A stretch of 64,000 bases of DNA from Bacteroides sp. GTDB taxonomy: Bacteria; Bacteroidota; Bacteroidia; Bacteroidales; Muribaculaceae. The DNA is taken from assembly GCA_014802445.1 (NCBI GenBank), contig JAAVCF010000008.1, forward strand, positions 159,792-223,791, written 5' to 3'. Under the pieces are notes generated by a model. That model had not been told where the DNA came from and searched no databases. It saw nothing but the letters and a program-made list of their open reading frames with translations. This document shows positions 1-9,541 of this stretch, in pieces (position 1 is the stretch's first letter; every line of letters starts with the position of its first letter). The translations under genes and the position numbers were made by a program.

Positions 1-41
1 TTCATAGTCTGAATTTTGGTATGTGAATAACGGGATGGTTC

Positions 42-1427
42 TTAAGCCAGCGATGCAATCACGGCCTTGATGTCGGCAGCGAGAGCTTCGGCCTCAGCCA
101 TAGTGGCGGCTTCGGCATAGATGCGGATAATAGGTTCGGTGTTGGATTTGCGGAGGTGTACCCAGCTGTTGGCAAAGTCTATCTTCACGCCGTCAATATC
201 GGTGATTTTCTCGGAAGCATAACGTGATTTCACGGCCTCAAGAATGGCGTCGACGTCAATGTCAGGGGTAAGCTCAATTTTGTTTTTGGCAATCTCATAG
301 GCAGGATAGCCCTTCTTGAGTTCGCTGACCTTCTTGCCGCTCTTAGCCAGCAGAGTGAGGAACAGAGCCACACCCACCAGAGCATCACGGCCATAGTGAG
401 CTTCGGGATAGATCACACCGCCATTGCCTTCGCCACCGATAACGGCGCCGTTTTTCTTCATGAGCGTGGTGACATTGACCTCACCTACGGCCGAGGCCTC
501 ATAGCTGCAACCGTGAGCCAGAGTGACATCACGCAGAGCTCGCGACGAGCTGAGGTTTGACACCGTAGAGCCGGGAGTGTGAGCGAGCACATAGTCGGCA
601 ACAGCCACCAGAGTGTACTCCTCCACAAACATCTCACCGTTCTCCATCACGATGGCGAGGCGGTCAACGTCAGGGTCAACAACGAAGCCCACATCGGCCT
701 TCCCCTCCTTCATAAGGTCAGCAATCTGAGTGAGGTTTTCGGGGATAGGCTCGGGAGTGTGGGCAAACTTGCCGGTGGCCTCACAATTGAGCTCGATAAT
801 GTTCTTCACGCCGAGCGCACTGAGCAGGCGGGGGATGATGATGCCGCCCACAGAGTTAACGGCATCCACGGCAACGGTGAATCCGGCCTTGGCAATAGCC
901 TCACGGTCAACGAGCTTGAGAGCAAGCACCTGGTCAATATGTCGGCGGTTCCAGGTGGTGTCGGTCTCCACGTGGCCCAGTTCGGTAACATCGGCAAAGG
1001 TAAAATCGTCATTCTCAGCCAGGCGGAGCACCTCGGCACCCTCCTCGGCATTGAGGAATTCACCGTGCTCATTGAGGAGCTTGAGGGCGTTCCATTGCAT
1101 GGGATTGTGGCTGGCGGTGAGGATGATGCCGCCACAAGCGTTCTGTCCGGTCACAGCCACTTCAGTGGTGGGAGTGGAAGCAAGGCCGATGTTAACAACG
1201 TCAAAGCCCATGCCACAGAGGGTTGCTTCAACGAGTTTTTCAACCATCGGACCTGACAGACGGGCGTCACGACCCACTACAATGACGTTTGACGTGCGGG
1301 TGGTGGTGCGACGGATGAACGAAGCGTAAGCAGCGGTAAACTTAACGACATCAACAGGCGACAGACCCTCGCCAACATGTCCGCCGATAGTTCCGCGAAT
1401 ACCTGAAATCGACTTGATTAGTGACAT
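42..1427 (-). CDS. glmM: phosphoglucosamine mutase (alpha-D-phosphohexomutase family)
   Basis: 461-aa ORF with ATG start. N-terminal SGIRGTIGG and the active-site loop TASHNP are typical of phosphohexomutases. Gene context (DUF4827-like, nrnA-like) matches Bacteroides. Confidence 0.9.
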   Translation of the reverse strand: MSLIKSISGIRGTIGGHVGEGLSPVDVVKFTAAYASFIRRTTTRTSNVIVVGRDARLSGPMVEKLVEATLCGMGFDVVNIGLASTPTTEVAVTGQNACGGIILTASHNPMQWNALKLLNEHGEFLNAEEGAEVLRLAENDDFTFADVTELGHVETDTTWNRRHIDQVLALKLVDREAIAKAGFTVAVDAVNSVGGIIIPRLLSALGVKNIIELNCEATGKFAHTPEPIPENLTQIADLMKEGKADVGFVVDPDVDRLAIVMENGEMFVEEYTLVAVADYVLAHTPGSTVSNLSSSRALRDVTLAHGCSYEASAVGEVNVTTLMKKNGAVIGGEGNGGVIYPEAHYGRDALVGVALFLTLLAKSGKKVSELKKGYPAYEIAKNKIELTPDIDVDAILEAVKSRYASEKITDIDGVKIDFANSWVHLRKSNTEPIIRIYAEAATMAEAEALAADIKAVIASLA

Positions 1428-1468
1428 AATATCTTGGTGATGAATGGTTTTTAGAATTAATCTGAGAG

Positions 1469-2077
1469 TTAATCAACCGGTTCGCTTGTCCAAGGGAACA
1501 TCGGGCTTTCATAATAGCGGATGTTATAGAGGAACGGGATGACATTGGCCGTCTCGTTAGTCCAGCCATACTGTGACTTGACAACGAGGTTCACCTTTGC
1601 GTTTGAGCCCAGATAACGCATGGGAATCTGGATGCCGGTGCCATACTGATACGACACGGCAAGAGTGTAGTTCTCATAAAGGAAATACATTGACCCTAAG
1701 CCGTTTCCGCCAGAGATGTCGTCGGCGTTGCCAAGACCTGAAAGCCCCTCGCCGGTTTCGTAACGGGCAAGGTTAAAACGGGTGAAGCGGAAATAAACAC
1801 GATTGTCTTTCTCGGGACGCTGGTCATTTCCGGGGTCGAGAATCTGCATGTAGACATTTCCCTCTTCATCCATCTTATAGTAAGGAGCATCGGGGCCCAC
1901 TTCATAGGAGTCCTCGGGGAAATAGTCCACCACCCTCTGGTCACTGAGGAAGTGGTTCACATATTGGTTCTCTTCCGTAAGAAGTTCGGAGTAGCTCTTT
2001 GAATCACTGCACGATGTCATAACCGCGGCAAGCAGGGCCAGAGCCGTCAGGGGAGCTGCAAGAGAGAATAGTTTCAT
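1469..2077 (-). CDS. lipoprotein, DUF4827-like (function unknown)
   Basis: 202-aa ORF with a signal peptide and lipobox (LLAAVMTSC). It lies between glmM and the DHH phosphoesterase, as in Bacteroides neighbourhoods. The family name is from memory only. Confidence 0.6.
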   Translation of the reverse strand: MKLFSLAAPLTALALLAAVMTSCSDSKSYSELLTEENQYVNHFLSDQRVVDYFPEDSYEVGPDAPYYKMDEEGNVYMQILDPGNDQRPEKDNRVYFRFTRFNLARYETGEGLSGLGNADDISGGNGLGSMYFLYENYTLAVSYQYGTGIQIPMRYLGSNAKVNLVVKSQYGWTNETANVIPFLYNIRYYESPMFPWTSEPVD

Positions 2078-2097
2078 CTGAATTATTTTGAGAGGGA

Positions 2098-3138
2098 TTA
2101 CTTTTTACTTTTGGGGAGATAGCGGTCATATTCAGGCATGGCTTCGAGCAACACGGCGACTGCCTCGTCAAGACTGCCGTAGAACTCACCGCCGGCGGCA
2201 TTCTCATGGCCTCCACCGCCAAAGTGACGCTCACAAACCTTGTTGACCGGGAAATGCCCCTTGCTGCGCGTTGACACCTTGACAAAACCGTGCTCGTCCT
2301 CGCGCAGAAACACGCTCCACACCACTCCGGGCATGGCGAGCGGACGGTTCACGAGACTCTCAGTGTCACCTTTGCAATAGTTGAACTCCGCCAGCTCCTC
2401 ACACGATAGTGTGATCAGCGCGGCCCTGTGCTCGGGAAACACCATCATCTTCTTATAGAGCGCATAGCCGCAAAGACGCAGACGCGTCTCGCTGGAGGTG
2501 TCAAACACAAGCTTGTAGATGCGGTCCTTGTCAAAACCGCGCTCAAGAAGCGCCGCTATAACAAGATAGAGTCCGGGGTCATTGGAATTGTAGGTGAAGC
2601 CGCCGGTGTCGGTCATCATGCCGGTGTAGATACATTCAGCGGCTTCACGGTCAATAAGGCTGTCCATCCCCAGTGCACACAACACATTATATAATAGGTA
2701 GCACGTGGAGGATGCCTCGGGGCGCGAGATTATCACCTCGGCGAATGATTCGGGATAGAGATGATGGTCAATCAGCACTTTCGGAGCCGGCGACGTGCGC
2801 AAGCTGTCACCGAGCTTGTCGACACGCATGATGGCATTGAAATCCAGACACACCACAAGGTCGGCCCGGGCCATGAGCTCGCGGGCGCGCGCCGGCTTCT
2901 GGCTGGCGGCGATAATATCGTGAACTCCCGGCAGGAAGCCGAGCGAACGCGGGGCCAGATCGGGCGTGACCACCCATGCTATCTTTTTGAGGCGCGACAT
3001 GACGCGCTGCATGGCCAATGATGACCCTATGGCATCGCCGTCGGGCGACACGTGGCATGTGATCACAATCTCTTTGGCGCGATCAATCAGCTCGCGCAAA
3101 CGCGCTATTTCGGGTAAGTTATTGAGTGGTTCGAGCAT
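2098..3138 (-). CDS. nrnA: DHH-family phosphoesterase (NrnA-like oligoribonuclease/pAp phosphatase)
   Basis: Motifs HVSPDGDAIGS, DHH and C-terminal GGGHENAAGG are present. The ORF-track start at 3159 is TTG. I prefer the ATG at 3138 (MLEPLNN), which lies 18 nt downstream of a minus-strand TATTTTTG box at 3157-3164. Confidence 0.85.
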   Translation of the reverse strand: MLEPLNNLPEIARLRELIDRAKEIVITCHVSPDGDAIGSSLAMQRVMSRLKKIAWVVTPDLAPRSLGFLPGVHDIIAASQKPARARELMARADLVVCLDFNAIMRVDKLGDSLRTSPAPKVLIDHHLYPESFAEVIISRPEASSTCYLLYNVLCALGMDSLIDREAAECIYTGMMTDTGGFTYNSNDPGLYLVIAALLERGFDKDRIYKLVFDTSSETRLRLCGYALYKKMMVFPEHRAALITLSCEELAEFNYCKGDTESLVNRPLAMPGVVWSVFLREDEHGFVKVSTRSKGHFPVNKVCERHFGGGGHENAAGGEFYGSLDEAVAVLLEAMPEYDRYLPKSKK

Positions 3139-3303
3139 TTTGCCTGAAATAAAATGCAAAAATAACGAAATTTTCGCAACAATGCATGCTTTTTTGCCTC
3201 ATGCGCTCCAAAAGAATAAAAAGCGACATAAAAGCACGTTGGCGCGGGCAGAGCAAATGAAAGCGCTCTCGGTCCTGCACCATGAGGCCGGGAACCAAGC
3301 CAA

Positions 3304-3471
3304 ATGAAAGTTGCCAAGAATGATGAGGTGGAGGCCGGCAAGGTGATGTTTGACAACTGCTGGCTGGGCGGCAGCGAGGATCTGCGCACGGATGCGCTGC
3401 TCTTCATGGCTGTGCAGACGCAGCTGGGCCACGTTCTCAACGGCTTCCAGGGCTTAATAAAAAACTTGTAG
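3304..3471 (+). CDS. short ORF (55 aa), upstream partner of a candidate -1 frameshift pair
   Basis: ATG start and strong G/C third-position bias like neighbouring genes. The heptamer A_AAA_AAC sits in the correct frame at 3459-3465, three codons before the TAG stop. Below the ORF-track length cutoff, so translated by hand. Confidence 0.35.
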   Translation: MKVAKNDEVEAGKVMFDNCWLGGSEDLRTDALLFMAVQTQLGHVLNGFQGLIKNL

Positions 3472-3479
3472 AGGCACAC

Positions 3480-3680
3480 ATGCTGGCAGAGCGGGACGAT
3501 GAGGACGGCTTCGCCAAAGGGTGTGCCTTAATCCGGGCTAATCTGCACGTGGATGTTGAAATGATTGAGACGGAGGAGGAATGGGCGCAGCTCTATTGTC
3601 AAGCCATATGGCTGGAGCGATGGCGTAACCGTAACCGGGCGGAGATGATTGCGGGGCTGTTCGGAGAGGGCAAGAGTTAG
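3480..3680 (+). CDS. short ORF (66 aa) in the -1 frame relative to 3304-3471
   Basis: ATG start with moderate GC3 bias. Its frame is open back to 3354, so a -1 slip at 3459-3465 would fuse it to the upstream ORF. Confidence 0.35.
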   Translation: MLAERDDEDGFAKGCALIRANLHVDVEMIETEEEWAQLYCQAIWLERWRNRNRAEMIAGLFGEGKS

Positions 3681-3832
3681 AGCCAGGGAAGTTTACCGCA
3701 ATTTTCCCCGGAAATGATGGCCCAACAAATACGTATAAAACCTATTACACCTGCAACAAGCATACCCCAGCCAATTATATTGATTACAATAACAAAAACA
3801 GTATGTAGAACGGCAGTTAGGAAATCAATCAT
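3677..3832 (-). CDS. small hydrophobic membrane peptide (51 aa)
   Basis: Sequence is MIDFLTAVLHTVFVIVINIIGWGMLVAGVIGFIRICWAIISGENCGKLPWL. An exact minus-strand TATATTTG box at 3857-3864 lies 24 nt upstream of the ATG. The gene sits in an AT-rich islet. Confidence 0.45.
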   Translation of the reverse strand: MIDFLTAVLHTVFVIVINIIGWGMLVAGVIGFIRICWAIISGENCGKLPWL

Positions 3833-4037
3833 AATTGTTACTTGTTGAATTTGCCTCAAATATAATAACATAATCCGACATGGCAAGCGTTTTTGACTAT
3901 ATTTTAACAAAAGAACCGACGCTTCATCTCAACCCCGCGCTTATGTACGAAAAACAAGACGCTTTTTCCGCAGCTGGGGTAAACTTTTCCCTGATAGAGG
4001 ATGTTTTAAGTAAAAGTAACAAAAAATTACAGCAACA

Positions 4038-4517
4038 ATGAAAAAGACTTACTATCTGGCCGCTGCAGTTCTCGGCCTTGCTACAATGGCTTCTTGTAGC
4101 GGAAACTCTTCATGCAACGGCACATGCAACTCACGCGAAAAGGCCGATGAGGTCTACACCGGCGTGCTTCCTGCTGCTGATGCAGATGGCGTTACCTACA
4201 CTCTGAAACTCGACTACGACGACAATAACACCAAGGGTGACTATGACCTCACCGAACAGTTTATGGCCAGCGACACCACCGCCGCAGGCTACAAGATTCA
4301 GAACACTTTCCAGTCAGAGGGCGACTTCACCGTCAACACCAAGGACGGCAAGAAGTATATCCAGCTCACTCCTGACGTTAAGGACTCTGACCGCGGCGCA
4401 AGCACTGATGTGATGTACTTCCTCGTTGAGAATGACTCTACCATCACACTGGTCAGCTCTGATCTCGAGGCATCAACCATGCCCGGCCTGAACTATTCGC
4501 TCAAGCTTCAGAAATAA
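4038..4517 (+). CDS. lipoprotein, NlpE N-terminal-domain-like
   Basis: Signal peptide plus lipobox (ATMASC), followed by YTGVLPAADADGVTYTLKL, which resembles the NlpE-N YxGxLPxADxxG pattern. Confidence 0.55.
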   Translation: MKKTYYLAAAVLGLATMASCSGNSSCNGTCNSREKADEVYTGVLPAADADGVTYTLKLDYDDNNTKGDYDLTEQFMASDTTAAGYKIQNTFQSEGDFTVNTKDGKKYIQLTPDVKDSDRGASTDVMYFLVENDSTITLVSSDLEASTMPGLNYSLKLQK

Positions 4518-4560
4518 TCATCGGTCCGTGGGTTCACGGACCTCAACATTCCCCTCTCTC

Positions 4561-4601
4561 ACGGGTGGTCGGTAGAAACATCGGCCACCCGTTATTTTTT
4601 T
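4561..4601 (+). terminator. rho-independent terminator after the NlpE-like gene
   Basis: Hairpin ACGGGTGGTCGG...CGGCCACCCGT followed by TATTTTTTT. A second 8-bp hairpin lies at 4523-4542. Confidence 0.7.
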
Positions 4602-4687
4602 GGGCGTATGCGAACTAAAAACACCATGATGCTTAGTTTTTGCCATGCATTGCTTATCTTTGCAGATTTATCCAATCTCAACCAATC

Positions 4688-5281
4688 ATGCAGATTCAAG
4701 AAATCAAAGCTATTGCCGAAGCTAAACAGAAAGCGGCAAATCATGTGCTGGAAACGTCAGGCATCAGAGATGTGTGGCAACAGGCAGGATGCCGGGTCAA
4801 CATCGTAGGGTCACTGCGGATGAATCTTCTGGTGACTCATAATGACATTGACCTCCACGTGTATTCCAAAGGAATCACCGAAGAATCCACCTTTGCCATA
4901 GCGGCAAAAATGTCGGCTATCAGCGGCGTGGTGGACATTACGAGCATAAACGGACTTCACACCGATGAACATTGCATGGCATGGCACGTCCATTATAAAG
5001 CCACCGATGGAACAATCTGGAAATTCGACATCATCCACATTGAGGAAGGAACGGAATATGACGGCTTTTTTGAACGCATGGCCGACAGAATAACCGAAGT
5101 GGCCACGCCGGAGCAGAAGGAAACAATCATGCGACTGAAATTTGAGACACCGGAGAACGAAGTCATTCACGGGGTGGAATATTACGAGGCAGTGATAGCG
5201 GATGGCATCACCAATCTTGACCAATTGCGCCGCTGGATCAGCAATCACAGAGCCGCGGCCCCTTACTATTGGATTCCCTGA
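4688..5281 (+). CDS. nucleotidyltransferase-fold protein (function unknown)
   Basis: GSLRMNLLVTHNDIDLHVY fits the G[SG]-x(9-13)-D-x-D minimal NTase motif. I prefer the ATG at 4688 (MQIQEIK) over the track start at 4640. Confidence 0.55.
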   Translation: MQIQEIKAIAEAKQKAANHVLETSGIRDVWQQAGCRVNIVGSLRMNLLVTHNDIDLHVYSKGITEESTFAIAAKMSAISGVVDITSINGLHTDEHCMAWHVHYKATDGTIWKFDIIHIEEGTEYDGFFERMADRITEVATPEQKETIMRLKFETPENEVIHGVEYYEAVIADGITNLDQLRRWISNHRAAAPYYWIP

Positions 5282-5551
5282 CCGCACAGGGCTGAGGATG
5301 TGTTAATTCAGGTAAATTATCCCGGTTTTAAGGACAGTTGTTTGTTAAAGTGGATAATAATTCCGAAATTTGCAGTGAATTTGGGGATTACACCCCATGG
5401 AAATCTTTAGACCTGACCGCAGCTGTCAATCTGTGAAAGTTTCGGGCAGGACCGGGGTTTCTTGAGTTTGACATAATAAAACAATCACTATTCTGTAAAT
5501 AAACCGCATCCCCTTGCGGGGCTGCAGCAGGAATAACAAAGAATCACATAT

Positions 5552-7399
5552 ATGTGTGGAATTGTAGGTTATCTGGGCACTCGCCCTGCTTATGAGATTC
5601 TGATTAAGGGACTCCATCGACTCGAATACCGTGGTTATGACAGCGCCGGTGTGGCTCTTGAGGATAATGACGGCACTCTGCGTGTGTATAAATCACACGG
5701 TAAAGTGTCAAATCTGGAGACGTCCGTCAACGGTCTCAACCATGACGGCACCCTTGGCATTGCCCACACCCGCTGGGCAACCCACGGCACTCCCAACGAC
5801 GTAAACGCACACCCCCACGTGTCGGAGGACCACCAGATTGCCATTGTCCACAACGGCACCATTGAGAACTATGCCATCCTCAAGGAGGCTCTGCTGGCTC
5901 AGGAATGCAAGTTTGAGAGCGACACTGACACCGAGGTGCTGGTTCAGCTCATTGAATATATCCGCCTCACCAATGAATGCTCGCTGACCGACGCTGTTCG
6001 CGAAGCTCTGAAGCAGGTTGTAGGCGCATTCGCCATTGCTGTGATTGAGCGCAACAATCCCGACACTCTCGTTGTGGCGCGCCGAAGCAGCCCTCTGGTT
6101 ATCGGCCTCGGCGACGGCGAGACCTTCGTTGCTTCAGATGCTACTCCCATTGTGGGCTATACCGACAAGGTGGTTTATCTGGGCGATGATGAGATGGCCG
6201 TTATCACCCGCGACGGTATGCTGGATGTCACCTCTCTCAATGACGGTTCTCATCCTGACCTCGATGTGCAGACTCTCCGCCTGAGTGTGGAACAGCTCGA
6301 AAAGGGCGGTTTTGACACCTTCATGCTCAAGGAGATTTACGAGCAGCCTGAAACCCTCACCGACTGTCTGCGCGGTCGCATTGCTGAAGATGGTTCACGA
6401 GTGGTTCTGGCCGGCGTGGACCTTCACAAAGAGAAGTTTATCAATGCCAAGCGCATTGTCATTGTGGCCTGCGGCACCTCCTGGCATGCCGCCCTTATCG
6501 GCAAGCGCGTGATTCAGGAGATGTGTTCCATCCCCGTTGAGGTGGAATATGCCTCTGAGTTCCGCTACGGCACTCCTTATATAACCGATTCTGACATTGT
6601 GATTGCCATCTCGCAGAGCGGCGAAACGGCCGACACCCTTGCAGCCATCGAGCTGGCCAAGAAGAAGGGCGCATTTGTGTATGGCATTTGCAACGTGGTG
6701 GGCGCCTCCATCCCCCGCGCCACCCACTCGGGCACATATATCCACGTTGGTCCTGAAATCGGCGTGGCTTCCACAAAGGCTTTCACCGGTCAGGTGACCG
6801 TGCTCACCCTGCTGGCTCTCTGCGTTGGCCAGCTTCGCGGCACTGTAAGCGACGAGAAGGTCAAGAAGATTGCAAGCGAACTTCTGCGTCTGCCCGACAT
6901 TATCCGCGAAGTGCTCAAGCTCGACGAGCGGATCAGCAGTCTGGCGCGCATGTTCACCTACGCCCACAATTTCCTCTATCTTGGCCGTGGCTACAACTAC
7001 CCCACTGCCCTTGAAGGAGCACTCAAGCTCAAGGAAATCAGCTACATCCATGCCGAAGGCTATCCCGCGGCCGAGATGAAGCACGGTCCTATCGCGCTGA
7101 TTGACCCCACGATGCCTTCAGTGATTATCGCTCCCAGCGACTCGCTCTACGACAAGATTGTTAGCAATGTGCAGCAGGTGAAGTCACGCGGCGGCCATGT
7201 GGTGGCAATCACCAATTATGGCAACAAGAAGATGGAAGAGCTGGCCGACTACTGCCTTGAGATTCCCGAGGTGATGGAGTGCCTCACTCCCATCGTTGCC
7301 TCTGTGCCTCTCCAGCTTCTGGCTTATCACATTGCCCGATTCAAGGGTTGCGACGTTGACCAGCCTCGAAACCTGGCCAAATCAGTGACCGTAGAGTAA
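5552..7399 (+). CDS. glmS: glutamine--fructose-6-phosphate aminotransferase
   Basis: 615 aa with the N-terminal MCGIVGY nucleophile motif, two SIS domains and the C-terminal KSVTVE. Confidence 0.97.
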   Translation: MCGIVGYLGTRPAYEILIKGLHRLEYRGYDSAGVALEDNDGTLRVYKSHGKVSNLETSVNGLNHDGTLGIAHTRWATHGTPNDVNAHPHVSEDHQIAIVHNGTIENYAILKEALLAQECKFESDTDTEVLVQLIEYIRLTNECSLTDAVREALKQVVGAFAIAVIERNNPDTLVVARRSSPLVIGLGDGETFVASDATPIVGYTDKVVYLGDDEMAVITRDGMLDVTSLNDGSHPDLDVQTLRLSVEQLEKGGFDTFMLKEIYEQPETLTDCLRGRIAEDGSRVVLAGVDLHKEKFINAKRIVIVACGTSWHAALIGKRVIQEMCSIPVEVEYASEFRYGTPYITDSDIVIAISQSGETADTLAAIELAKKKGAFVYGICNVVGASIPRATHSGTYIHVGPEIGVASTKAFTGQVTVLTLLALCVGQLRGTVSDEKVKKIASELLRLPDIIREVLKLDERISSLARMFTYAHNFLYLGRGYNYPTALEGALKLKEISYIHAEGYPAAEMKHGPIALIDPTMPSVIIAPSDSLYDKIVSNVQQVKSRGGHVVAITNYGNKKMEELADYCLEIPEVMECLTPIVASVPLQLLAYHIARFKGCDVDQPRNLAKSVTVE

Positions 7400-7448
7400 T
7401 CCCAGACCCTCTTATCCGCTCCACACTCATCCCCCCGCATCGAGTCTG

Positions 7449-8699
7449 ATGAAAAAATCAGTTTTTCCGGCATTATGTCTTGTGGCAGCCCTTGGCGCAT
7501 CAGCTCAGACGTCTGACTACGACAAGGCGCTTGCCGCTTTCGGCCGCTATGATTTTGAAGAGGCCGAGTCTTTGCTTGACACCTACAGTTCTAAGCGCAA
7601 GAAGGATCAGATTGCCGCTGACAGGATTGAAAATCCCTACAAGGCAGGGATGTATTCTGACCGCGTGGATGACCTTGCCGAGCGCATAGCTCTGGGCCGT
7701 AACATGCTTGAAAGGGTTGAAAAGGTGGCCATTGTCGACTCCATGACTGTGGACCGCGACGAGTTTTTCCGCCATTTCAGGCTCGACCCGTCAACCGGAC
7801 GCCTCCTCTCCACCGATCAGGCAGAACGCTTCCCGGGAAAGACCGACGAGGTTGTAACTCCCGTGTATGTGTCGGGCGACGGCGAGATGATGCTGTGGGT
7901 GGACACTTCCGAAGCTGACGGCAACGCATCCTTCCGGCTCATGGAGTCATGGCTGCTTGCCGACGGCTCATGGGAGACTCCGCGAGCACTGTTTGACCGC
8001 TCAACGGTGTTCGGCGACGATTGCCCCGGACAAATTTATGCCCCCTTCATGATGGCCGATGGCGTGACGCTCTATTTTGCAGCCGACGGGCCGCAGTCGC
8101 TCGGCGGCCTGGACATCTTCATTGCCCGTCGCGACGGCGATGACGGTTTTCTCCAGCCCTCAAACATTGGCATGCCTTATAACTCCCCCGCCAATGACTA
8201 TATGATGGTGATTGACGAGGTTACGGGCGCCGGATGGTGGGCCACTGACAGGAACACGGATGAGGACCATGTGAAGATTTACATCTTCAAGAATTCTGAC
8301 CTACGCTCAAACTACCCCTCTGACACCGAATCGATTGAGAGCTACGCAATGCTTTCCCGCTTCACTCCGGCCGATGGTGCCGTGCGCGCTGACATTTTCG
8401 GGGTGCTCAACGCTCTTAACCATCGCAAGAGTGCCGAAGCCGCCTTTGAATTTGCCATGCCTGACGGAAGGATAATGACACTCCTCACTGACTTCCGCTC
8501 GTCAGAAGCCCGCGAAGCCATGGAGGAATGGCTTGAAATGAACGCAACTGTAGCGCGCAACAGGAGTGAGCTTGAAAGCCTTCGTATGAGCCGGGATGCC
8601 ACCCGTGGCGAAATCGCGGCTCGCGAGGATGAGCTTGAACGCAATCTTAAGAAATTGAAGCAGCTTGCCAACTATGTGGTCAATAGCGAGATTCGCTGA
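7449..8699 (+). CDS. secreted protein with TPR-like N-terminus and PD40/TolB-like repeats
   Basis: Signal peptide (ALGASAQ). Repeat signatures SGDGEMMLWV and DGVTLYFAADGPQSLGGLDIFIA. The C-terminus is charged and coiled-coil-like. Confidence 0.6.
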   Translation: MKKSVFPALCLVAALGASAQTSDYDKALAAFGRYDFEEAESLLDTYSSKRKKDQIAADRIENPYKAGMYSDRVDDLAERIALGRNMLERVEKVAIVDSMTVDRDEFFRHFRLDPSTGRLLSTDQAERFPGKTDEVVTPVYVSGDGEMMLWVDTSEADGNASFRLMESWLLADGSWETPRALFDRSTVFGDDCPGQIYAPFMMADGVTLYFAADGPQSLGGLDIFIARRDGDDGFLQPSNIGMPYNSPANDYMMVIDEVTGAGWWATDRNTDEDHVKIYIFKNSDLRSNYPSDTESIESYAMLSRFTPADGAVRADIFGVLNALNHRKSAEAAFEFAMPDGRIMTLLTDFRSSEAREAMEEWLEMNATVARNRSELESLRMSRDATRGEIAAREDELERNLKKLKQLANYVVNSEIR

Positions 8700-9501
8700 C
8701 ATTCGGAAATACAATCTCCACTGCCACACTCAGTTTTGCGACGGACGCAGCTCAATGCGCGAATTTGTGGACGCCGCGCTCAGTCAAGGCTTTGATGCCA
8801 TCGGTTTTACACCTCACAGCCCGGTGCCTATTGAGTCGCCGTGTAACATGAGCCGCGAGGATGTGGCCGCCTATCTTGCTGAGATAGAACGTTTGCAAGA
8901 GTATGCCGCCGGCAAGCTCGACATCTTCGCCGGGATGGAGGTGGATTATCTCGGCAGTGAGTGGGGACCCTCCAGCAGTTACATTGCATCCCTCCCGCTG
9001 GATTATATCATTGGTTCCGTCCATTTTATTCCTGACCAAAACGGACAGCTCATTGACATTGACGGCCGTTTCAGCAGTTTCCGCCGGAAAATGCACAGCT
9101 ATTTTGACAATGACATCCGCTATGTGGTCAACACTTTTTTCACGCGCTCTATTGAGATGGTTGAAGCCGGAGGCTTTGACATTGTGGGCCATCTTGACAA
9201 GGTGGGGCGCAATGCCTCGCTTTTCGCGCCAGGAATTGAGGACGAGCCTTGGTATTGCCGCCATGTGGAGACGCTTATTGACGCAATAGCCTCCCGAGGG
9301 TCAATGGCGGTGGAAATCAACACTAAGGTGACCGACGACACCGGCAGAACCTTCCCGCGTGAGCGCTGGCTCACTCGCCTGCTCCGGGCCGGCATTCCGA
9401 TAGTTGTCAACAGCGACAGCCATTATGCCGACAAGCTTTCGGCCGGCCGACAGACGGCATTTACATTGCTCCGCACAGCCCGTGAAGCTCTCTGCCGATA
9501 A
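8674..9501 (+). CDS. PHP-domain histidinol-phosphatase family protein (HisJ-like)
   Basis: YNLHCHTQFCDG and GFTPHSP are PHP metal-binding motifs. The track start at 8665 is TTG; the ATG at 8674 is preferred. Confidence 0.8.
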   Translation: MWSIARFADIRKYNLHCHTQFCDGRSSMREFVDAALSQGFDAIGFTPHSPVPIESPCNMSREDVAAYLAEIERLQEYAAGKLDIFAGMEVDYLGSEWGPSSSYIASLPLDYIIGSVHFIPDQNGQLIDIDGRFSSFRRKMHSYFDNDIRYVVNTFFTRSIEMVEAGGFDIVGHLDKVGRNASLFAPGIEDEPWYCRHVETLIDAIASRGSMAVEINTKVTDDTGRTFPRERWLTRLLRAGIPIVVNSDSHYADKLSAGRQTAFTLLRTAREALCR

Positions 9502-9541
9502 CCCGCTCTCCTAATCTCCAATCCTTAACGTCAATCCTCTC

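Noticed and set aside
5282-5551. glmS ribozyme or another riboswitch in the 270-nt region upstream of glmS.
   Set aside because: I could not find the conserved glmS ribozyme core, and this ribozyme is mainly a Gram-positive feature. Only a short imperfect hairpin (about 5507-5526) is visible next to the start codon. That is not enough to call a feature.
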